Assembly: GCA_050015395.1 (NCBI GenBank) | Contig: JBEKBM010000013.1 | Span: 17,970-81,969 of the forward strand | Source of the DNA: Candidatus Bathyarchaeia archaeon | GTDB lineage: Archaea > Thermoproteota > Bathyarchaeia > Bathyarchaeales > Bathycorpusculaceae | Length of the DNA stretch: 64,000 bases | Reading direction: 5' to 3' | Part shown: one piece after another, positions 58,519 to 64,000 of the stretch | Layout: the number at the start of each line of letters is the position of its first letter | How positions within the stretch are numbered: the first letter of the stretch is position 1 | The notes under the pieces: model-generated | Databases searched by the model: none | Seen by the model: the letters and a program-made list of their open reading frames with translations, nothing else | What the model was told of the DNA's origin: nothing | Translations under genes and position numbers: made by a program

Positions 58519-59337
58519 ATGCGAGAACATAGTCATAAAGACCATAAGGTTACCTCAGGCACTAAGGAATGGGCAGATTCTAACTTCAATTGCATAATTG
58601 GCTGTTATAATGACTGCAGATATTGCTATGCAAAAATTATGGCTAGACGATTCGGTAGGAGTACGCCGTCTTCTTGGAAGGACATGAAAATAAGAAAAGA
58701 TGTCTTAACCAAGAGGATACATAAACTGCCAGGTCGCATAATGTTTCCAAGCACTCATGATATTATTGAAGCTTCACCTTTCAAAGAAGCATGCTTTACA
58801 GCGTTAGAGAATATTCTTTATAGCCAAAATACTGTTTTAATAACTACAAAACCACGTCTTGAGGTCATACGAGAAATTGACGAGAAATTTTCAAATTTTA
58901 AAAATCAAATTCAGTTCAGATTCACGATAACATCTTCTTGCGATGAACTTTTACACTTTTGGGAACCGAACGCATCACTTTTCAGAGAAAGGATAACTTG
59001 TCTTGAATTCGCTTTCTATAGAGGGTTTAAAACTAGCGTCTCAATCGAACCATTCTTAGACTATGACCCCATACCACTCATTAAATCGGTTGCCCCTCTT
59101 ACTACTGAATCAGTTTGGTTGGGAAGAATGAACTACATCGCTTGCCACAATCTTTCTGAACAAGAGGCGCCTTATTACAAGCAGGTTCGTAGGAATTATG
59201 AAACGAAACACTTACTTGAAATATGCAATAGCCTAAGAGATTTTCCAAAAATACGATTTAAAGACAGCATTAGAAACCAAATTGGCTGTAAAAATGGTAC
59301 AAGCTTTGAGAGTATAGTCAAATGGCAAAAAAGTTGA
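58519..59337 (+). CDS. DUF5131 (Gp37/Gp68)-like radical SAM protein
   Basis: EWADSNFNCIIGCYNDCRYCYAK (CxxxCxxC), IMFPSTHD, LITTKP, VSIEPFL. Confidence 0.8.
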   Translation: MREHSHKDHKVTSGTKEWADSNFNCIIGCYNDCRYCYAKIMARRFGRSTPSSWKDMKIRKDVLTKRIHKLPGRIMFPSTHDIIEASPFKEACFTALENILYSQNTVLITTKPRLEVIREIDEKFSNFKNQIQFRFTITSSCDELLHFWEPNASLFRERITCLEFAFYRGFKTSVSIEPFLDYDPIPLIKSVAPLTTESVWLGRMNYIACHNLSEQEAPYYKQVRRNYETKHLLEICNSLRDFPKIRFKDSIRNQIGCKNGTSFESIVKWQKS

Positions 59338-59867
59338 CATATTTTAGCTCGGTTGCAGTTTCAGGGCAATCTTGTTCGGGTAAATCAACTTTGTGTAACC
59401 TTCTGGCTAACCAACTTTGTTGGACCCATGTTGATATTGGTGCAGAATTTAGAAAACTGGTAATTAACAATCGACTAGAAATAGAACAGTTTGGTCATAT
59501 TCCTGAGGATCAATTGCACAAAATCGATGAGCAGATAGCTGGACGTATATTAACAGAGCCTTACCGAGTCTGGGACGGTCGATTAGCTTGTTATCTATCG
59601 CAACAACTCAAAAGCGTCTTAAGGGTTTATTGCACGGCACCCATTGAAATAAGATCCCAACGCTTAGCAAAGCGGGAGAAAATGTCGATCCAAACGGCAT
59701 GGGCAAAAATTGAAAAGCGGGATGCTGAAGAACAAGAAGTGTTCGAAAGAATGTATGCACTTTCAGATCCTTACAATCCAAAATGGATAGACTTAAGGGT
59801 TGAGACCTTGGGTTCTCCAGAAGCCCTTATTCTACCAATATTGAATCGCTTAATGCTATCTTATTAG
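59322..59867 (+). CDS. Cytidylate-kinase-like nucleoside monophosphate kinase
   Basis: VSGQSCSGKST P-loop, GAEFR, ID, DGRLA, APIEIRSQRLAKRE, RD...RMY. Confidence 0.82.
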   Translation: MAKKLTYFSSVAVSGQSCSGKSTLCNLLANQLCWTHVDIGAEFRKLVINNRLEIEQFGHIPEDQLHKIDEQIAGRILTEPYRVWDGRLACYLSQQLKSVLRVYCTAPIEIRSQRLAKREKMSIQTAWAKIEKRDAEEQEVFERMYALSDPYNPKWIDLRVETLGSPEALILPILNRLMLSY

Positions 59868-60172
59868 CGTCCATATTGTTAATTCGGCTTTGCCTTATTC
59901 ATAGCAGCAAATGATTAATCTCATGCAACATACTTCAAATTGAGTGATCACTTGTCAAACTCTAAAGTAGTCAGATAAACAGTTATCTTTGATCAGTTTT
60001 TCTGTCGCTAATCACACTTTTAGTTGTAACCTTGCTACTTAGCGGTGGTACAGCAGTCTTCAATTGGTTAAAAATCGCGCTATGGCTACTTTCAATCGTT
60101 GGCTTACTATCGTTCGCAAGCTTAATATTGGGTTTTAAACGAAATAAGATCATCGTAAGGGGTGAAAAAAAA

Positions 60173-61006
60173 TTGTATCCTTCGTTTCAAAGGACTTTGT
60201 GCCAAGATTTTGTGTTACAAGCAGAGGAAACATGGAATATGATGAAACTTGGGCATGATACCAAGATAGATGTTGCTGAGGAATCAATAACTGACTGGAA
60301 TTTGTTGAAACTCCAAGTTAATCATCCTCATGAAATAAGAACTCAGAAATTTACAAAACCTGTTGAAGGAAGAGAAGGTGCTGACTGGGAATGGTGGTTA
60401 GGCGAAGATGACCTCTGGTTAGGACTTAGAGTGCAAGCAAAGAGAATAGATTCGGATCAGTTGAGATACCAATACTTGAACCACAAAACAAGATACGGTA
60501 ACCAAGCCGATCTTCTCATTGATTATGCTGGAAAGAGCCAACCCCCAAGAATACCAGTTTATGTTTTTTACAATTACTGGGATTCGGATAAATTTGATCC
60601 ACATTGGCTTTGCCCAGCGCACCCCAAGAAGTTAGAAATGCTTGGATGCGGAGTAGTAGAAGCAACCTTAGTCAGATCTATCCTTGCACGAGGGCACGAC
60701 GACATTCAAACACTTTCTTCAGTTATGTACCCGTGGAGTTGCTTGGTATGCTGTCAAGGGTTTAGCCGAGGAGATTATAGACTTCCTTTCGCAGCCTTCA
60801 GATTTTTGTCCTCCGCCTTCAAAATTGAGAGAAAAGACGCCGAGAAAGATTTATACGAGGAAAAACGATTCGTTTCAAAAAGTCCTCCAGAATATGTATA
60901 CCGAATTTTGGAGGGCGAAAAACTTTCATCGGAAGAATGGGAAAAAATTGGCCTAAAAACCATAAGTGTAATTCGTCGCAAAAATGTCATTCATCCATTT
61001 CCTTAA
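60173..61006 (+). CDS. DUF6615-like putative PD-(D/E)XK nuclease
   Basis: EESITD, FTKPVEGREGADWEWW, LRVQAKR, Q.DLL, PVYVFYN; TTG start after GGTGA. Confidence 0.75.
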   Translation: MYPSFQRTLCQDFVLQAEETWNMMKLGHDTKIDVAEESITDWNLLKLQVNHPHEIRTQKFTKPVEGREGADWEWWLGEDDLWLGLRVQAKRIDSDQLRYQYLNHKTRYGNQADLLIDYAGKSQPPRIPVYVFYNYWDSDKFDPHWLCPAHPKKLEMLGCGVVEATLVRSILARGHDDIQTLSSVMYPWSCLVCCQGFSRGDYRLPFAAFRFLSSAFKIERKDAEKDLYEEKRFVSKSPPEYVYRILEGEKLSSEEWEKIGLKTISVIRRKNVIHPFP

Positions 61007-61104
61007 TAAGCGATCACTTCGCTCCTTTCTCAGTTTATTTATGACGGGGGCAAATTCAGATTCGCCTGATTACTTTTTCAAATTAAATCAGCTTGCCTCT
61101 ACTA

Positions 61105-61213
61105 GGAACAATCGCGGTTGGCAAGACAAAGTTGCAGGAACAAACGTTGGTAGCGACTACGCGCAGTTTACAGGCATCTTAGCCTAAGCAGTAACTCGAC
61201 TGTTCGAGATTGA
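61105..61213 (+). pseudogene. Degenerate copy of an internal 3'-part segment of the NADH oxidase gene
   Basis: Colinear with 55351..55460, about 88/110 by hand, with a 1-nt deletion and a TAA stop. Confidence 0.85.
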
Positions 61214-61251
61214 TTTCCTTTTCGTTTTCTTTAACTTAAAAATACGCTTTT

Positions 61252-61455
61252 TTATTTGCTTACTCGTTGCCGTATAGCGTCATATTGTTCTAGCGTGAAC
61301 AGTTGCTCTTTACAGTTAGGACATCTGAGCGCTTTAACACCATGAAGCATGACCCCTTGATACTCATATTCAACTGTTACTTCTTCGCATTTCTTGTTGC
61401 ATTTTGGGCAGACAGAGATAGCTTTAGCCTTCCCTTGGTGATGACTATAAAGCAA
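61252..61455 (-). CDS. YgiT/MqsA-type zinc-finger protein
   Basis: CPKC...GVKALRCPNCKEQLF; start uncertain. Confidence 0.7.
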   Translation of the reverse strand: MLYSHHQGKAKAISVCPKCNKKCEEVTVEYEYQGVMLHGVKALRCPNCKEQLFTLEQYDAIRQRVSK

Positions 61456-61484
61456 TAGCCTTTTTCTGTCTTTCTTTTTGTTTG

Positions 61485-61943
61485 TTATTCTATTTGAGAT
61501 GTTCCTGGCTGGGTGAATGGCTCCGTCATGCCGACGAGGAGTTTGCCGAAAGTGTTGATGTGGTTTTCTTCTTCAGCAAGAATTTCCTCCAGCATTCGCC
61601 TTGTGGTGTAGTCGCCTTCTTCCGCCGCAACCTGAATTGCCTGCTTGTAGAGGTTGATGGCTTCTTCTTCGTCCTGCTCGTCTTGTTTGAGCATTTCGAT
61701 GAGGCTGCCTCCGACGAAAATCGGGTCAGGTTTAGTTGTGGCTACGCCGTTTAGGTAGTCTAGACGTTCTGCGAGGCGCTCGGCATGCTTCATTTCCGCG
61801 ATGGCTGTCTTGCGGAAAACGTCTTCCACGATGGCGCCGTCCGTGCCAGTAACCTGGACGTGTTGCCACATGTATTGTATGCTGACTTGGAGTTCGCGGG
61901 CTATGCCTTTGTTTAAAAATTCTAAAAGTTTTTGAGAAACCAA
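61485..61943 (-). CDS. Ferritin-like / bacterioferritin-like di-iron protein
   Basis: RELQVSIQY, EMKHAERL, EEEAI..Y, EEENH. Confidence 0.9.
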   Translation of the reverse strand: MVSQKLLEFLNKGIARELQVSIQYMWQHVQVTGTDGAIVEDVFRKTAIAEMKHAERLAERLDYLNGVATTKPDPIFVGGSLIEMLKQDEQDEEEAINLYKQAIQVAAEEGDYTTRRMLEEILAEEENHINTFGKLLVGMTEPFTQPGTSQIE

Positions 61944-62148
61944 GATTATTCACCTACAAAAAATTAGGTCGGTTTAATATATAAATAAGCCCTAACCCAA
62001 AGCAAGGAACCACCATTCAAAAGTTTTCAACTAACCAAGAAATCACACACCTAGAACCAAGAGGCAAAGGAACAAAATTCTAATATCAACCAAATGCAAT
62101 TCCTTAATCCAAACAGCTTAAATCAAGCTTCAGAATACCAAAATGTGC

Positions 62149-62223
62149 GGGCCGGTCGTCTAGCTTGGTTAGGACGTTGGCTTTACGAGCCAAAGGTCGC
62201 CGGTTCAAGTCCGGCTCGGCCCA
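62149..62223 (+). tRNA. tRNA-Val(TAC), no intron, CCA not encoded
   Basis: GGGCCGG/TCGGCCC-A acceptor, TTGGC-TTTACGA-GCCAA anticodon arm, GCCGG-TTCAAGT-CCGGC T arm. Confidence 0.95.
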
Positions 62224-62456
62224 TATTAGGCTCATCCCCGAAACGGTCTGAGCCCCATAGTTATCCAAACGCGTGCAAAAAGCACATATTCGCCCCGTGG
62301 GGTTCAAGTCCCAGCGGAATCGCACTTAGGGCAAAATTCGAGTAAACACCATTTTTCACCAATTTCGGAGCAGCCATGCGCTTATACTTTAACGGCAGTA
62401 TAGTAAGTAAAATATAGTTCGCAATGTCACTCATTATTTTCAAGTAGTAATGGTTC

Positions 62457-62633
62457 ATGCTTGATTTATCCAGACCTTGTGATGCCTGCGGGAAACCTCT
62501 TGGTGGAGCCTTTAACACCTGTCCAAAATGCAGAATTTACTTCTGCTACATATGTTGGATTGAGTTAATGTATAGCCAAGGTAAGCTACCTTTAGAGTGC
62601 CCTATGTTGTGGTGGAAACTGTTTCTTCTGTAG
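62457..62633 (+). CDS. 58-aa Cys-rich RING-like zinc-finger microprotein, possibly frameshifted at the C-terminus
   Basis: MLDLSRPCDACGKPLGGAFNTCPKCRIYFCYICWIELMYSQGKLPLECPML...; below the ORF-track cutoff. Confidence 0.6.
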   Translation: MLDLSRPCDACGKPLGGAFNTCPKCRIYFCYICWIELMYSQGKLPLECPMLWWKLFLL

Positions 62634-62808
62634 CTTCTTAAAACAAAAAGCGTATTAAATTAATCAGAGTGTCAATAGTACTACTTACTCGAATATGCTT
62701 AAAGCGTGCCTTATTGGTTGCTATTGGGTTTTTTTGGTCTTAAGTTGCTACAATTTGCACAAAAACTCGCATTGTAAGGTACTCTGTTGTTGCACTTTGG
62801 ACATATCG

Positions 62809-63210
62809 TCATCCCTGTTTCTGCGGGATTAGGCTGCTGTTGAACTTTTGCCCTCTGAGGTCAGTTGCACAATAAGGACAGAAATTGTTTTCTGAAGAGA
62901 TAGTTTTGTTGCAGACGGGACAGCTTTTCGCTATACCTGACGACGCTTTTGTTGAACTTGTTGCTTGTCTGTAGCTTTTGCTATCCATACACAACTTCTT
63001 ATAAAATCTCTGTTCTCGCTCACATTGAAGCCGACATAACCAAGAAACTGGAAAAGCAAACAACAACATAGCTGTTAATATTAAATCAGGGGGTTGACTA
63101 AACCAAGTCAAGGCTAACAGTACCAATATCCCCGTAGATACGTACGATAAACCTAGCCAGGCTTTGACTAAACAATATATTGCCTTTATACACCTAATTA
63201 CCGAATTCAT
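62809..63210 (-). CDS. 2-TM protein with C-terminal zinc ribbon
   Basis: CPVC...FCPYC at the C-terminus. Confidence 0.7.
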   Translation of the reverse strand: MNSVIRCIKAIYCLVKAWLGLSYVSTGILVLLALTWFSQPPDLILTAMLLFAFPVSWLCRLQCEREQRFYKKLCMDSKSYRQATSSTKASSGIAKSCPVCNKTISSENNFCPYCATDLRGQKFNSSLIPQKQG

Positions 63211-63273
63211 CGTCTATGTCTCCTGTGGAGGTAGCCCTCGTTTTTTCGTGACCAAACGACAATTGCTTACGCC

Positions 63274-63480
63274 TCAGGGTTTATGAATGAATATTAATAC
63301 ACCCAAAATAATTGATCCAATTCCCAAAATAATAAACATTATTGGTGCAAGTCCACTATTCATTGAATACACGTTATCAACTAATCCCCATATAGCTGAT
63401 GAACTAATAAGTATTCCAATTAGAATAATTGCAAGTCCACCAAGTAAATTATCCCTGTGTTCTTCCTTTACATTTGACAT
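63274..63480 (-). CDS. Small 2-TM membrane protein
   Basis: Two hydrophobic helices. Confidence 0.55.
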   Translation of the reverse strand: MSNVKEEHRDNLLGGLAIILIGILISSSAIWGLVDNVYSMNSGLAPIMFIILGIGSIILGVLIFIHKP

Positions 63481-63643
63481 TCTGGTAGGAACTTCTTTCC
63501 ATCATATTATGTAAACTAAATTAGATTACATTTATAATTGACATTCAGGTAGAAATTCTTTCCCATTGCAATCTTCTGGTTCCTTATCGTCACGTATCTG
63601 TAATATTCTTGGGTGTCTTAGTCCTGTAGCTCCGCGCGTGCCC

Positions 63644-63818
63644 ATGCTGGCTTACAACATGAGAAGGGCTATCACTATGCTTGGTGTGGGAGCGCTCATA
63701 TCGTTGGTTAGGGCGTGAAAAAGAGTAAGAGAACGATAACAAAGCGCTAAGTGAGCGGTCTTACGCAAAGAAACAACAAACTTGATTCCACTCCAATTTC
63801 ATTTTTTCACACGGTCTG
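63644..63818 (+). mobile_element. IS1182-like element, right-end remnant
   Basis: Encodes MLAYNMRRAITMLGVGALISLVRA* (transposase C-terminus pattern), followed by TTTTCACACGGTCTG, which resembles an IS1182-type terminal repeat. Confidence 0.7.
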
Positions 63819-63910
63819 GACAAGCCAGCGCGCTCATAAGCCGCGTGTTATCATAAATTTAATTAACGATAGCTCATACATGTACTTCAAAATTGCATGA
63901 GCCCTCAAAG

Positions 63911-64000
63911 ATGAAAGCAAACTCAAAGATAACTATCTCTAAACGCGTTATCGTTCTTCTCCTTGTAGCTTTGCTTGCGCTGTCCGCATTTAACACTTAC
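63911..64000 (+). CDS. Secreted or membrane protein, 3'-truncated by the window edge
   Basis: MKANSKITISKRVIVLLLVALLALSAFNTY, signal-peptide-like. Confidence 0.55.
   Translation, partial: MKANSKITISKRVIVLLLVALLALSAFNTY

Noticed and set aside
62094-62518. Three ORFs of 73-85 aa
   Set aside because: They overlap tRNA-Val and its flank and show no protein motifs.

Overview
This is a 64 kb archaeal chromosomal segment, most likely from Bathyarchaeia (TACK); the lineage is inferred from gene content and protein style, not from a marker gene. The core backbone holds a 3-isopropylmalate/isocitrate-family dehydrogenase, RPA, Hsp20, an acyl-CoA ligase, a GT-C/PMT/GT2 glycosylation operon, the AMP-salvage trio (ribose-1,5-bisphosphate isomerase, form III RuBisCO, AMP phosphorylase), an NfnAB/SudAB operon led by a (ferredoxin-MvhD)x2 protein, TrxB, a hisGDCBHAFI operon, AcdA, RibK, Ino1, GcvH and an NADH oxidase/CoA-disulfide reductase. 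There are three tRNA genes: elongator Met with two non-canonical BHB introns, initiator Met with a canonical intron, and Val. Accessory islands sit at about 4.7-13.9 kb (toxin-antitoxin pairs, ORFans, IS6 remnant, C39 peptidase pair), 15.7-16.7 kb (VapBC), 24.0-26.7 kb (nuclease/glycosylase-like genes), 55.9-61.2 kb and 62.3-64 kb. The best candidate for an undescribed system is the 55.9-61.0 kb island: TcmP-like methyltransferase-fold protein, DUF5131-like radical SAM, NMP kinase and DUF6615-like nuclease, divergent from a C2H2 zinc-finger HExxH protease. Two islands are bounded by a decayed, mostly synonymously diverged copy of part of the upstream host gene. A 53-bp element with 23-bp periodicity occurs twice in inverted orientation, and several genes lack a canonical start codon at their natural N-terminus. 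All family calls come from motif recognition by eye, and identity counts are hand alignments.
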